Shown: positions 26,283 to 39,936 of the stretch, piece by piece
Layout: every line of letters starts with the position of its first letter
How positions within the stretch are numbered: the stretch's first letter is position 1
Assembly: GCA_951406725.2 (NCBI GenBank)
Contig: OX597822.1
Span: forward strand, 94,302,001 to 94,366,000
Length of the DNA: 64,000 bases
DNA from: Octopus vulgaris
Lineage: Eukaryota
Direction of reading: 5' to 3'
The notes under the pieces: generated by a model
Seen by the model: the letters and a program-made list of their open reading frames with translations, nothing else
What the model was told of the DNA's origin: nothing
Databases searched by the model: none
Program-made: the position numbers and the translations under genes

Positions 26283-28129
26283 GGGAGTTGACGAGGGCAA
26301 TAATCAACAATAAATGGTGGTTCGCCCCGAAAAAGGCGATTAGAATAGAATCGATAAGGTTTAGCAAAAGACAGGCAGTAGAAAGAAGCAGAGTAGAGGC
26401 AGGGCTGGTCAAAAAGTTAGTTGAGGCTTTTAGAAAAGGCATCGCGACCGACGTACTCGCAGCGAGAGTAGCACTCGACCAATTCTACAGCACGAAACAC
26501 GAAGGTTTGTCAGAGCAAAGCACGAGCACTTAAATATGAAGGGACGAAAGCCGTCCAATGGGATCGAGTGGAAGACGCACGGTGTGGCAATAAATTCACG
26601 ATCCGATCCTTACCGGACCACAATAGGCAAATGATAACTAATCCGAGACAGATGTGTGAGGCCTTTCAGCAACGCTTCGCTCAACTGTTCGGGAGCAGCA
26701 GTGATCCGGGTTGCAGGATGGATTTCACGTCCTACCTTGACGGACTGTCGCGGCTCTCGGCGCTGCGAAAGGCCGAAAATTGCATTTGAAATACGAGAAG
26801 CAATGGCTGGCTGAACGAGGAGTAAATCGCCTGGTTTGGATAATCTTCCCTGCAAACTTTACGCTTACATGCCACACTAGTTCAGCAACCTCTTAGCAAA
26901 CGTTTACTGCAGCTGGCAACAGAATGGGAGAATTCCCAGTTTTGTGAGCTGAGCAGCGGTTGCGTTCCTAGGCCCATAACTGCTGAATGCTGAGTTTAAA
27001 ATTTTGGTCAAGGTGTTAGCTACGAGGTTGGTGCTTGTCGTCTGGGATCTGGTAGGGAAACACAGACAACCTCCACCTCATGCGATACTCCATTGAGAAA
27101 GTGGCTAAAGAACCTGTCATGGGTGGGGCCCTGATCAATTTAGATCACTCTAAAGCTTTCGATAGGGTCGACCATTTACACCTGGCGGCGGTCCTCAAGG
27201 CAGCTGGTTTTGAGCCTGTATTCAGGGGCTGGATCGCTGAAATGCACAGCGACATCTGTTCAGTGGTCAGAGCGAACGGTCTCCTCTCAGAGCCGTTCAA
27301 CATCGTGCGCTCAGCCGGGTAAAGTTGCCCCCTCTCGTCTCTCTTGTATGTACTGACATTCGAGCAACTACTACACAACCTAGAGGCGTTGAGTGGCATC
27401 CCGCGTAACTTAGGGTGTGAATAAATGTGTGTCGGCATAGGCCGACGATATCATCGTAGTGGTGTCGGATCATAAACACATAGAAATGTTTGGCACCGCT
27501 GTCAGGGACAACGGGGCGGTTTCAGAAGCGACTCTTAACCAGGAAAAATTAATGGGCTTGCAGCTTTGCACCTGGAGAAGAAAGTCCATGCCGTCTAACT
27601 GCGTCATTGGGCGCTCGACGGAAGGACCGGTTAAACTGCTTGGGATCTGGTTCGGACAAAAACTGGAACGAAGTAATGAGCAAGGTGACTACTCTCAACC
27701 AGAAATGAACCGAGATGAAGCTATCCCTGAAAGGTCGGGCAGAGGTGGTTAACACGTATATCCCGTCCGTCATCTAATATCGCTTGACCGTCGTGTCACC
27801 TTGTCTGATTACGCTGGAACGTATAATCTTCCTCTTCTTGTGGAAGGGACGCGTCTCGTGGATCAGGCGGTCTATCTGCTGTCAGCACCCTCTGAGTAGT
27901 GGCCTGTGCATACCGTGGTTGATGACGCGCAGACATGCGCTGAGGCTACGACATTTCCAGTGCTTCCTTGGTGGTTAACAGGTGTGGTCGCCGTTCACCA
28001 AACACGTATTTCCGCAGCTAGTTTCTTTAACGGAGCTGCAGTCCTGGGTAAAACAGAGACCAAGAGGGAGCATTTGGAAAGTGGAATGTCTTCAAGCGCT
28101 CACATCTCAGCCAATCGGACACTGCAATA
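26283..28129 (+). pseudogene. L1/Tx1-clade LINE reverse transcriptase relic
   Basis: KSPGLD, RPITLLNAEFKIL.KVLA.RL, LD.SKAFDRVDH, (QG)CPLS.LLY, (Y)ADDI, KLLGIW, with stops and frameshifts. Confidence 0.85.
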
Positions 28130-28317
28130 GGGGTCGATAAATTAAGTACCAGTGAAACACTGGGATCGATGTAATCGACTAACCCCCTACCAAATTTCAG
28201 GCTTTGTGACTATAGTAGAAAGGATTATAATAATTATTAAAACGTGCCTCCTTCTTTTGCCGCGCAAAATGAGGAACCTAGTATTTCGATTCGCACGTTA
28301 ACTCGCGGAAACTATCT

Positions 28318-28541
28318 ATTCCTTTACTACCCACAAGGGGCTAAACACAGAGAGGACAATCAAGGACAGACAAACGGATTAAGTCGATTATATCGACCCC
28401 AGTGCGTAACTGGTACTTAATTTAATCAACCCCGAAAGGATGAAAGGCAAAGTCGACTTCGGCGGAATTTGAACTCAGAACGTAATACGTAACGAAATAC
28501 GGCTACGCATTTCGCCCGGCGTGCTAACGTTTCTGCCAGTT
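28318..28541 (-). mobile_element. SINE family B with 15-bp TSD
   Basis: TSD tcgcggaaactatct at 28303-28317 and 28542-28556. Confidence 0.9.
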
Positions 28542-28619
28542 TCGCGGAAACTATCTGTCGTGAAAACCTAGGGGCAGCTAAATTTCTGGTTCCTCTTTTT
28601 TGCTATAAATCTCAACCCT

Positions 28620-28956
28620 TTTTACTCTTTTACTCTTTTACTTGTTTCAGTCATTTGACTGCGGCCATGCTGGAGCACCGCCTTTAATCGAGCAACTCGA
28701 CCTCGAGACTTATTCTTTTGTAAGCCCAGTACTTATTTTATCAGTCGCTTTTTGCCGAACCGCTAAGTAACGGGGAACATAAACACACCAGCATCGGTTG
28801 TCAAGCAATGCTAGGGGGACAAACACAGACGCACAAACACACACACACACGCAAATATATATACATATATACGACGGGCTTCTTACAGTTTCCGTCTACC
28901 AAATCCACTCACAAGGCTTTGGTCGACCCGAGGCTATAGTAGAAGACACTTGCCCA
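28620..28956 (-). mobile_element. SINE family A, 5'-truncated
   Basis: Reverse complement of family A body and tail. Confidence 0.85.
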
Positions 28957-29175
28957 CATTCAACCACTCTTGCTCAAACAAACACTTCATCGAAGCCGTC
29001 TCCCTTGAGAACATCTCGGTTGCGTTTTTGTCATTATGCATCTGTCTACATTATCCAATGTCTGCCTCCCATTTTTGCTTCAAAAGAAGACAGAGAGTGT
29101 GATTTGGGATAATTTGGTTGTTATTTCTAGCGGGTATAGTGACTTCGCTGCTTCGTAGTCCTAGTTGTTGGACAA

Positions 29176-29367
29176 GGCGCAGGAGTGGCTGTGTGGTAAG
29201 TAACTTGCTTACCAACCACATGGTTCCGGGTTCGGTCCCACTGCGTGGCACCTTGGGCAAGTGTCTTCTACTATAGCATCGGACCGACCAAAGCCTTGTG
29301 AGTGGATTTGGTAGACGGAAACTGAAAGAAGTCCGTCGTGTGTATGTATATATTTGTGTGTGTGTGT

Positions 29368-29414
<47 letters not shown>

Positions 29415-29640
29415 GTGTATCTGTGTTTGTCCCCCAATCATCGCTTGACAACCGATGCTGGTGTATTTACGTCCCTGTAACTTAGCGGTTCGGCAAAAGA
29501 GACCGATAGAATAAGTACTAGGCTTCCAAGGAATAAATCCTGGGGCGGGGTCGATTTGATTCGACTAAATATGGTGCTCCAGCATGGCCGCAGTCAAATG
29601 ACTGAAACAAGTAAAAGAATAAAATAATAAAAGAATAAAA
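29176..29640 (+). mobile_element. SINE family A, full length
   Basis: Head ggcgcaggagtggctgtgtgg through tail (aaagaata)n; internal (TG)n. Confidence 0.9.
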
Positions 29641-30168
29641 GAAGATGGTGATATTACTGGCACAGTAGTGCAATCATAAGCAACCTTTTCCGAGAAACGG
29701 ACCGCACGAGAGAGACATGGCTCGCCATCAGATGAGACGCACTACTAATAAAATTTGAAGGTAATTTTTCGTTAGGTGTACCCCTGAGAAAATTCCGCAG
29801 GCTGCATGCGGTCCATGACAACAGGTTGCCCTTGACTGCAGTAGACAAAGGACGGCATGCTTTACAGTACAAAGTGCAATACGTCACTGTTTCCTATGTT
29901 CAAAACTTACCTTGTTTGGCTTTCATATCTGTCTCGCAATTATCAATATAATAATTAGCAATATACTTCTTGTATACCTCTTATATGAGCTTCAGTCATT
30001 GTACTGCTGTAGCCATACTGGACTATTGCTTTGAAAGGTTTTAAGCATCATACTGATCCCAGGAGAGCGTCTGATATTTATTTCATCATTCATGAAATAC
30101 GCGAAATGTAAAGTGGACACTTGTTTATGCAGAGATAACGCAGCTACACACTGGTATCCTAAGCTGAT

Positions 30169-30568
30169 ACATACATACATGCATGCATACATACATACAT
30201 ACATACATTCTTACATACATACATACATACATACATACGCACATACATACACACATACATACATACATACATACATACATACATACATACACACATACAT
30301 ACATACATACATACATACATACTTACATACATACGCACATACATAGATACATACACACGCATGCATACATACATACATTCATACATACATACATACATAC
30401 ATACATACATACATACATACAATACAATACATACATACATACATACATACATACATACATACGCAAACATACATACATACATACATACATACATACGCAA
30501 ACATACATACATACATACATACATACATACATTCACATACATACATTCACATACATACATTCATACAC

Positions 30569-30601
<33 letters not shown>

Positions 30602-30784
30602 CATACATACATACATACATACATACATACATACATACATACATACATACATACATACATACATACATACATACATACATACGCAAACATACATACATAC
30701 ATACATACATACATACATACGCAAACATACATACATACATACATACATTCACATACATACATTCACATACATACATTCATACAC

Positions 30785-30817
<33 letters not shown>

Positions 30818-30966
30818 CATACAATACAATACATACATACATATATTCATACATACATACATACGCAAACATACATACATACATACATACATACATACAT
30901 ACATACAAACATACATACATACATACATACATACATACATACATTCACATACATACATTCATACAC

Positions 30967-30999
<33 letters not shown>

Positions 31000-31231
31000 C
31001 GTACGTACATACATACATACATACACAAGCATGCATACATACATACATACATACATACTTATATACATACATACATACTTACATACATACATACGTACGT
31101 ACATACATACTTATATACATACATACATACTTACATACATACATACGTACATACATACATACATACATACATACATACATACATACATACATACATACAT
31201 ACATACATACATACATACATACATACATACA
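30169..31231. repeat. ~1.06 kb compound (CATA)n array with higher-order variant blocks
   Basis: Recurring variants acgcaaac, attcacatac and aatacaatac. Confidence 0.95.
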
Positions 31232-31858
31232 TGGTGGCTGCCTCCTCGTTATCGAGTATGGCCATTGCATGAAGCTTAATCAATATTGTTATCGTGCAAT
31301 GCCTGTGCAAGAAGATTTTTTTTAAGTGAGGAAAGGCTGTGCACTGAGTCAATCCCACTCACTAAGCAACACCAGCCATAATCCGAAAAGAAGAACAAGT
31401 CAACATCATCGGTAACCACTGAGCCGCAGGTTTTACGTCGGAGCTATCCCAGTTACCTGAGTTACCTTCTCCTAGAAGGATGCATCATTCTCCTAGAAGG
31501 ATGCTCCTAGAAGGATGCTCCTAGAAGGATGCTCCTAGAAGGATGCTCCTAGAAGGATGCCCTTCTCATAGAAGGCTAGGGGTCCTTCACTCCCAATGGT
31601 TTAACCTCGCGATCGGATATTCATTCCGATTATTTCTACGTCCCCGCGCATGATACATCCTTAAGACATTTATTGGATGGCCGTTGACTCTCAAGAGTTC
31701 CTCCGCCCTTTGACGGGTTCTGTTTTTCATCCCACAGGGTGTCCAATAAACACCCTCCTCACCAAGCAAGCTTGTGGGGTTGCCTGTTTAGTCACCGACG
31801 ACCCGACCATGCAACAGGTTGTACTGGGTTACATGTTACCAGTAGCACTCGAAAGTGA
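31232..31858 (-). mobile_element. Putative RTE-derived non-autonomous element in (CATA)n
   Basis: Minus-strand 3' end ctcgataacgaggaggcagccacc+(ATGT)n resembles RTE terminal stem-loops. Internal 14-mer tandem ctcctagaaggatg (about 31470-31575); no ORF. Confidence 0.55.
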
Positions 31859-31936
31859 CATACATACATACATACATACATACATGCATGCATGCATACA
31901 TACATACATACATACATACATACATACATACATACA

Positions 31937-31970
<34 letters not shown>

Positions 31971-32120
31971 CATACATACAATCATATTAGTTAGAAACTC
32001 GACAAAAGTTACAGAATAAGTCAAGTGCTGAGAGTTTCTTGCGTTGGACTCACCAAACTGGTTTCAAATCAAAGGCTCGCGTATTTATACACCGCTGATA
32101 ATGGCATATATGGCATATAT

Positions 32121-32390
32121 GGAGGCGCAATGGCCCAGTGGTTAGGGCAGCGGACTCGCGGTCGGAGGATCGCAGTTTCGACTCCCAGGCCAGGCGTTGT
32201 GTGTGTTTATTGGACGAAAACACCTAAAAAGCTCTACGAGGCTCTGTTGTACTCTTTCGCCACAACTTTCTCTCACTCTCTCTTCCTGTTTCTTGAGTAT
32301 CGCTGCGATGGACTAGCGTCCCGTCCAGCTGGGGAGAACACATACGCCACAAAAACCGGGAAACCGCGCCCATGAGCTTGAAAAGGGCGA
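32121..32390 (+). mobile_element. SINE family C
   Basis: ggaggcgcaatggcccagtggttagg..gtttcgactcc head. Confidence 0.75.
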
Positions 32391-33611
32391 AAAAGAAAAA
32401 AAAAACAAGAATGTAAATATATGACCCCTTGACTTGAAAGCAGTTACATAAATTCCAACGCACGAAACTTTCACCCCTTGACTTACTCTTTAACTTCAAC
32501 CGATTATCAATAAAGGCTGTATACATACGCAAGTTTTGAGTTCTATTTTCCTGTTTACATCACCAAACCTATATACAACCGACCAGACTAACCGTTGCTG
32601 TTACATATCACTGGTCGCAATGCACTTTGGATCGTTTTAGCCTTCGAAAGACCCACCCTGTTGGCTAGGCGAGCAGGACAATATACAAAGGGGGACTAAG
32701 GCAACGTGAAATGAAGTGCTTTGCTCAAGAACACAACACGCCGCACGGTCTGGGAATCGAATCAACGATCATGAGCGCAATAACCTAACCACTTGGCCAC
32801 GTGCCTTCATACACACACACAAACATTATACATAATCGCGAGCGCATACGCACCCACACACATTCAGTCGAACTTTCTCGTTGTATCTCTCAACAAATTT
32901 TATTCACAAAATATTTGGACAGCCCACAGTTATGATGGACAACAGAAGCCCAAGTTGCCACGAAAAGATATTGAACTTGGAACCATATGATTGCAAAAGG
33001 AACTTCTTAACCACACAGCCATGACTCTATCCCTGTTTTTACGTTCTGAGTTCAAATTACCCCCAGGTCGATTTTTTCCTTTCATCCTTTCGGGGTCGAT
33101 AAATTAAGTACCAGTTGTGTACTGGGTCGATCTAATCGACTGACCTCCTTCCCCGAAATTTCGGGCCTTGTGCCTAGAGTAGAAAAGAATATTTAAATGA
33201 GTCTGCACGAAAAGAAATTTGTTTCCCAACCATATGGTTCCGGGTTCAGTTCCACCGCGTGGCACCTTGGGCAAATGTCTTCTATAGCCACAATTTATTC
33301 GACAAAAAAATTCTTCAGGGCGGTGCTACAACCATAGCTGCGGTCTAATTAATGACTCAAACACGAATGACTCAGCATTTGAGGATACCACGAAATTAAA
33401 GAAAAAATATATATGCAAAAGAATTTGTGGCTCGAATACGATTACACCGTTCATTCAGTGATAGCCACCCGTTTAATTGCTTAGTTTGCAATTTTCAAGA
33501 GATTCCAGCATCTGTACATGAGGATGACTGCAGAATTTTATATTCAAACCACATTGTTTAAGAGGTTTCTTCGCTATCTCTCGTTTTAAAGATTTCGGTT
33601 ATTGAGCTTAC

Positions 33612-33785
33612 CGTTATTTCCGCATCTGCTGTTCTTATCAGTAAATATCCACCGACTATTTCGAGTCGCAGTTATCTTGGATAAACGTATATCAGTCGGA
33701 TTATGTAAAGTTCATCAGATAAGAATATCTTCATTCGCTTTTGTCTGTAATCTGGTCAATATTTAAGTACGTCGTCGTTTTTATA
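33612..33785 (-). promoter_or_regulatory. Candidate TATA promoter plus short non-coding first exon
   Basis: TATAAAAA starts at 33785, with an initiator-like CCAGATT about 30 nt downstream. The sequence is unique and CpG-containing and ends at a strong donor ACG|gtaagc (33612/33611). Confidence 0.3.
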
Positions 33786-34049
33786 CACAGCTGTTAATAA
33801 ATATATTTACAAAATCTTATGTAATAGTCTGGTGGAGTGGAATGGAGTTTAAGACATTAATTCAAATCTTTGTTGAACCTTGCACTTCGAATATACGATT
33901 TCCAACCGTGACCAGCACCAGAGAAAAAATATCTAATTGGACAATTTGAATTATCCACGACAAAACGTCGCGAGTTTTCGGCGATAATTTAATGGTCTCA
34001 TAGAACCCCCACCACATAACACACACACAGTCTTACTCTCTCTCTCTCT

Positions 34050-34138
<89 letters not shown>

Positions 34139-34371
34139 TCAACATTTGTGCTTACAAACTGCAAAAGTACTCAACGAATAGCGTACGTATAAATTATGTG
34201 AAGCTGATGATACTTGAACAACAGCTTTGAGTTTCACGCTATCAATTATTCAAACGACTGAAGTGAAAAGAAGCAGCGTGAGAATGTTTACAGAAAAATA
34301 TTCATAAATATACCAAATCGAGATTCAAGTAGCTGCCGAGAAAGAAAAAAAAACGGAGAAACATGCCCGTA

Positions 34372-35113
34372 TACTCTTTTACTCTTTTATTTGTTTCAGT
34401 CATGTGACTGTGGCCACGCTGGAGCACCGCCTTTGGTCGAGCAAATCGACCCCAGGACATATTCTTCGTAAGCCTAGTACTTATTCTATCGGGTCCTTTT
34501 GCCGAACCGCTAAGTCACGGGGACGTAAACACACCAGCATCGGTTGTCAAGCGCTGTTAGGGGGACAAACACAGACACACAAACATATATACACACACAT
34601 ACATATATATATATACAAGCGGAAAGTGTAACCTCTCGAAAGAGCTGTTCTTCACTCCTGCTCCAGAGCGTCGGCTGCGGGGTCACTCCAAAAAGCTCTA
34701 TCTGCGACGATTTCATCTCAATCGAAGGAGAAGGGCTTTCTCCGTCCGGGTTGCAGATCCGTGGAATAAGCTGCCGGACGAGATAGTGAAGATGCTGATG
34801 ACCGCTCGGTTCAAAGTCTCTCTTGACCAGAAATGGCCTGAACTCTTTGCATGAACACCACCCTGTACATAACTCCATGTCCCTCTACATGGCCTTACTT
34901 TTTGCTTTTTGAGCCAAAAAATTAACTTAACTTAACTTAACTATATATACGACGGGCTTCTTTCAGTTTCCGTCTACCAAATCCACTCACAAGGCTTTGG
35001 TCGGCTCGAGGCTATAGTAGAAGACACTTGCCCAAGGTGCCACGCAGTGGGACTGAACCCGGAACCATGTGGTTGGTAAGCAAGCTACTTACCACACAGC
35101 CACTCCTACGCCT
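34372..35113 (-). mobile_element. SINE family A interrupted by CR1 fragment
   Basis: The two halves of family A flank 34617-34941. Confidence 0.85.
34617..34941 (+). mobile_element. CR1-clade LINE 3' end
   Basis: LRGHSKKL..RRRAFSVRVADPWNKLP..FKVSLD, (TTAAC)n tail, 9-bp TSD tatatatac at 34608-34616 and 34942-34950. Confidence 0.85.
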
Positions 35114-35241
35114 AATAGGAGAAGACAGTTGCCCAAGCTGCAATGCAGTGGGCCTGAACTCGGAACCACGAGGTTTAGAAGCAACCTTCTTAGCTCACAG
35201 CCAATGCTGCGACTGATATTTAGATGATATTTTTTACTTTA

Positions 35242-35474
35242 GGCGGCGAGCTGGCAGAAACGTTAGTACGCCGGGCGAAATGCGTAGCCGTATTTCGTCT
35301 GCCGATACGTTCTGAGTTCAAATTCCGCCGAGGTCGATTTTGCCTTTCATCCTTTCGGGGTCGATTAAATAAGTACCAGTTACGCTTTGGGGGTCGATAT
35401 AATCGACTTAATCCGTTTGTCTGTCCTTGTTTGTCCTCTCTGTGTTTAGCCCCTTGTGGGTAATAAAGAAATAG
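35242..35474 (+). mobile_element. SINE family B
   Basis: Matches 16397-16627; gatattttttt-actt flanks on both sides. Confidence 0.9.
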
Positions 35475-36179
35475 ATATTTTTTTACTTGTTTGCGTAAAA
35501 AGTGTGTAATATTTTCATGTCTTCACTAACGGGTAAAAAGTCTCGTGAGAAAGGAAAGCGAGCGTTTCTGCTTACGTATTCTTACGATGCTTCGCTACTT
35601 CAACAGCTTAAAAATCGAAAATATCGAAACTCTCAGAGGAACGACGGAAGAAAGCTCAGCTCCATATATCTCCCCCCCCTCCTTCCCTGCCCCTTTATCT
35701 CATAAAAAATATACATTGTGTGTCTTATCCTTCATTTTATATTTTATATATTTCTTTATTGCCCACAAGGGGCTAAACATAGAGAGGACAAACAAGGACA
35801 GACAAAGGTATTAAGTCGATTACATCGGCCCCCAGTGCGTAACTGGTACTTAATTTATCGACCCCGAAAGGATGAAAAGCAAAGTCGACCATTTTATACC
35901 ACAATTCACCACGTAGTGGGGAAAATCTTCCTAATGAAGCTTTTCATTATATATATTCTTTTAGTCTTTTATGTTTCAGCCCTAAAGTTGTGGCCATGCT
36001 GGTTGTGGCCATGCTGGTTATGGCCATGTGTATACACACACACTCTCTCTCATACACACATTACATATATAAGCGCGCACTTACTCACACACAAACACAT
36101 TCAGTCAGATTTTCTCGCTCTATCTCTCACCAAATTCTATTCATAAAATATTAGTCAACCCAATCGAAAATGAAGCCAC

Positions 36180-36513
36180 TCCTCTCCCTCTCTCCTTCTT
36201 CCTCCTCTTCTTCTTCTTCCTCTTCTTCTTCTTCTTCTTTTTCCTCCTCTTCTTCCTCCTCCTCCTCCTCTTCTTTTTCTCCTCTTCTTCTTCCTCCTCC
36301 TCCTCTTCTTCTTCCTCCTCTTCTTCCTCCTCCTCCGCCGCCGCTTCCTCTTCTGCCTCCTCCGCCGCCTCCCCTTCTTCCTCTTCTTCTTCCTCTCCCC
36401 CCTTCTCTCCTCCTCCTCCCACCCCTCCTTCCCATCCTCCCCTGTTTCTCTTCTCCTTCCCCCTCCCCTCCCTCTCCTTTCATCCTCCCCCTCTTCCCCC
36501 TCCTCACATCATC

Positions 36514-36558
<45 letters not shown>

Positions 36559-36560
36559 TC
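36180..36560. repeat. Polypyrimidine (TTC/TCC)n tract followed by (ATC)n
   Basis: Direct inspection. Confidence 0.9.
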
Positions 36561-36948
36561 ATTTTACGCTCCCTTTCCACACTGATACGACCTGGTTAAA
36601 CAGGACCCAACGATTCGGAGAATCACGTATTGCTCTAATATTTTATCAAACATCATTTACTTTACATAGTGTATTGGGTGCACTTTTTTTCATGAGCACA
36701 GCACCGTAAGGTCGACTCGAGACTTGCTTAAGCTAAAGTGCAAAGGCGTAGAAATTAAAGTATGCTGTAAGGGAGAGATCTATTTTAATGAGATGATTGC
36801 AGAGGAGGAGAAAGTAGAGACGACGTTGGAGTGAGTGTGTGTGTGGGGGGTGGGGGGTGGGGGGTGGTAGAACTAATGAAGAGGACAAAAGAAAGAAAAA
36901 GAGTAGTTTCGGAGTGGGGGAAGCATTATGAAAGAGAAAAACAGACAA

Positions 36949-37368
36949 GGCGGCGAGCTGGCAGAAACGTTAACACGCCGGGCGAAATGCGTATCCGTAT
37001 TTCGTCTGCCGTTACGTTCTGAGTTCAAATTCCGCCGAGGTCGACTTTGCCTTTCATCCTTTCGGGGTCGATAAATTAAGTACCAGTTACGCACTGGGGT
37101 CGATGTAATCGACTTAATACCTATGTCTGTCCTTGTTTGTCCCCTCTGTGTTTAGCCCCTTGTGGGTAATAAAGAAATAGGTATTTCGTCTCCCGTTACG
37201 TTCTGAGTTCAAATTCCGCCGAGGTCGACTTTGCCTTTCATCCTTTCGGGGTCGATTAAATAATAAGTACCAGTTACGCACTGGGGTCGATATAATCGAC
37301 TTAATCCGTTTGTCTGTCCTTGTCTGTCCCCTCTGTGTGTAACCCCTTGTGGGCAGTAAAGAAATAGG
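36949..37368 (+). mobile_element. SINE family B tandem (full unit plus headless unit)
   Basis: The second unit restarts at gtatttcgtc (37181). Confidence 0.9.
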
Positions 37369-37489
37369 TTGGGTTCAGTAGGAGGACCCAGAGCTCTCCC
37401 AATCTATGTTGAATTCTCCACGTTGACAATCCATGTTGGCATGGATTGAACAAGTTGTCGGGATTCGAGTCAGTTCTTATTGATTAATG

Positions 37490-37795
37490 GCTAGGGGTAC
37501 TCGGCTCACGAACGCAAGGTCTTCAGTTCGATTCCCGGCGGCGCGTTGTGTCCTTGAGCAAGACACTTTATTTCCCGTTGTTCCAGTTCAGTCAGTTGGC
37601 AAAAATGAGTAGTACCTGTATTTTAAAGAGTCACCCTTATCACATTCTGTTTTCACGCTGAATCTCCCCGAGAGCTACATTAAAGGGTACGTGTGTCTAT
37701 GGCGTGCTCAACCATTTGCACGTTAATTTTGCGAGCGGTTGTTCCGTTGATCGGATCTCCTGGAACATTCGTCTCTTTAACCAACGGAGTGCCAG
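37490..37795 (+). mobile_element. SINE family C
   Basis: Shares body with 9202-9460 and 42962-43283. Confidence 0.75.
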
Positions 37796-37938
37796 ATATT
37801 GACGTTATAACCGTCATTGACAGGTCGTATGGTTACGTCTTTGTCAGACATCTCGGTTGTGGCATAGTTTCTACAGCTGGATGTCCTTTCTGACTAACAT
37901 TAACCATTTCACAGAGTGTATTGGGTGTTCTTAGTGTA

Positions 37939-38233
37939 CAGCAATCCCTCGACTATCGCGGGTGTTACGTTACAAAATCACCCGCGATAGGTGAAAATCC
38001 GCGAAGTAGAAACAGTACTCTCTTTTACTTGTTTCAGTCGGCTGGAGCACCATATTTAGTCAAGCAACTCGACCCCCAGAGCTTATTCTCTGTAAGCCTA
38101 GTACTTATTCTATCGGTCTCTTTTGCCGAACCGCTATGTTACGGGGACGTAAACACACCAGCATCAGTTGTCAAGCGATGTTGGGGGGACAAACACAGAT
38201 ACACAGACACAGACACAGACACAGACACACACA

Positions 38234-38319
<86 letters not shown>

Positions 38320-38635
38320 AACACACACACATATACGACGGGCTTCTTCCAGTTTCTGGCTACCATATCCACTCACAAGGCTTTGGTCGGCCCGAAGCTA
38401 TAGTAGAAGACACTTGCCCAAGATTCCACGCAGTGGGACTGAACCTAGGACCTTGTGGTTGGTAAGCAAGCTACTTATCACACAGCCATTCCTACGCCTA
38501 CAATACTGTATTTTTATTTTTATAATTTGTATATATTTATTTTATTATAAATGCAAAACAACACCACTGTGGAATCGACATAAGCTTAAATAATAAACCG
38601 CGATAGGTGAACCGCGATGTTGCGAGGGATTACTG
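37939..38635. mobile_element. Tigger/pogo-like MITE interrupted by SINE A
   Basis: TA|CAGCAATCCCTCGACTATCGCGG ... CCGCGATGTTGCGAGGGATTACTG. Confidence 0.75.
38016..38499 (-). mobile_element. SINE family A
   Basis: Family A reverse complement with expanded (CA)n. Confidence 0.85.
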
Positions 38636-39655
38636 CATTTGTAGAATCAGCGTTAGAGAGGCTGTTGTAATCGCGGTGTGTCCAAATAATCTTCTCAACC
38701 TTGTACTGTCACTGCTCGATTTGCTAACCACGTTATTAATTGTACTGAGTGCAATTATCATAGCACCAACACTTGTGGGGGTCACCTTGTAACTACCCAG
38801 ATTAAAGAGCGCCCGCACTTGAGAAGGAGAATAGGAGGCGGGGTGAAATATTTAAGCTGGATGTTGAGAAGTATGATAGGAGTAACTGGGTTATTGTTGT
38901 GGGAGGGGGTAATAGGAAAGATATTAGATACTGTAAAGTGTGGAGTCAGGGGTTAGAGAAAGAGAGGGAGAAAGAGAAAAGAGAAACAGAGAGACCGAGA
39001 TAAGAGAGGTAGAAAGAGGAGACAGTGAGAGGGAGGGAGAGAGAGAGGGAGGGAGAGAGAGAGAGAGATTCAGAGGGTAATAAGGAGCTGGTTGAATAGA
39101 ATGAGATTCCATGCTACCCCGCGTTATACATGTGTGGGTGCAGTGGTGAGTGAAAGAGAGATAAGGATGTTGGCAAAGAGGAACTAAAGCGTATCCTCAC
39201 GGTAACATGTGAAGAAGGTAAATATATATATATTTCTTTACTACCCACAATTTGAACTCAGAACGTAACGGCAGACGAAATACGCCTACGCATTTCGCCC
39301 GGCGTGCTAACGTTTCTGCCAGCTCAAGATCATGATGACAAGAATGAAGGAGCGTGGGTTAGGGTTGCCAGAGAACAATCACTCTCCATTCAAGCATTAT
39401 GATTCGGAAGGATAGGAAGAAAAAAAAGGGCATAGCACGTCATGGAAGATAGAGTTAGAGGGTTACTCAATATTCACATTTTGAGCGCTTGCTTTCATTC
39501 TTGATTACGATTGTCATGGTATAGAGAATAGGAGCAAAGATGATGGGGTGGCGAGGGAAGATAGATTAGGTACAGTGAACAGCAAAGAAAATAGTAGGGG
39601 GTATTTGAAGGCGGTCATGTGCCAAGAGGAGAAAGGATTATTATTATTATTACTA

Positions 39656-39707
<52 letters not shown>

Positions 39708-39728
39708 CATTATTATTATTATTATTAC

Positions 39729-39794
<66 letters not shown>

Positions 39795-39880
39795 CATCAT
39801 TATTATTATTATTATTATTGTTGTTGTTGTTGTTGTTGTTGTTATTATTATTATTATTATTATCATCATCATCATCATCG

Positions 39881-39935
<55 letters not shown>

Positions 39936-39936
39936 G

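Noticed and set aside
29690-29895. Possible L1 C-terminal zinc-knuckle fragment on minus strand
   Set aside because: Only an ETV..C resemblance.
31232-31270. HDV-like ribozyme suggested by gcctcctcg
   Set aside because: No P3 partner or P1/P2; better explained as the inverse of an RTE-type 3' stem-loop.
31470-31575. 14-mer direct repeats as a CRISPR-like array
   Set aside because: Head-to-tail with no unique spacers; eukaryotic TE context.
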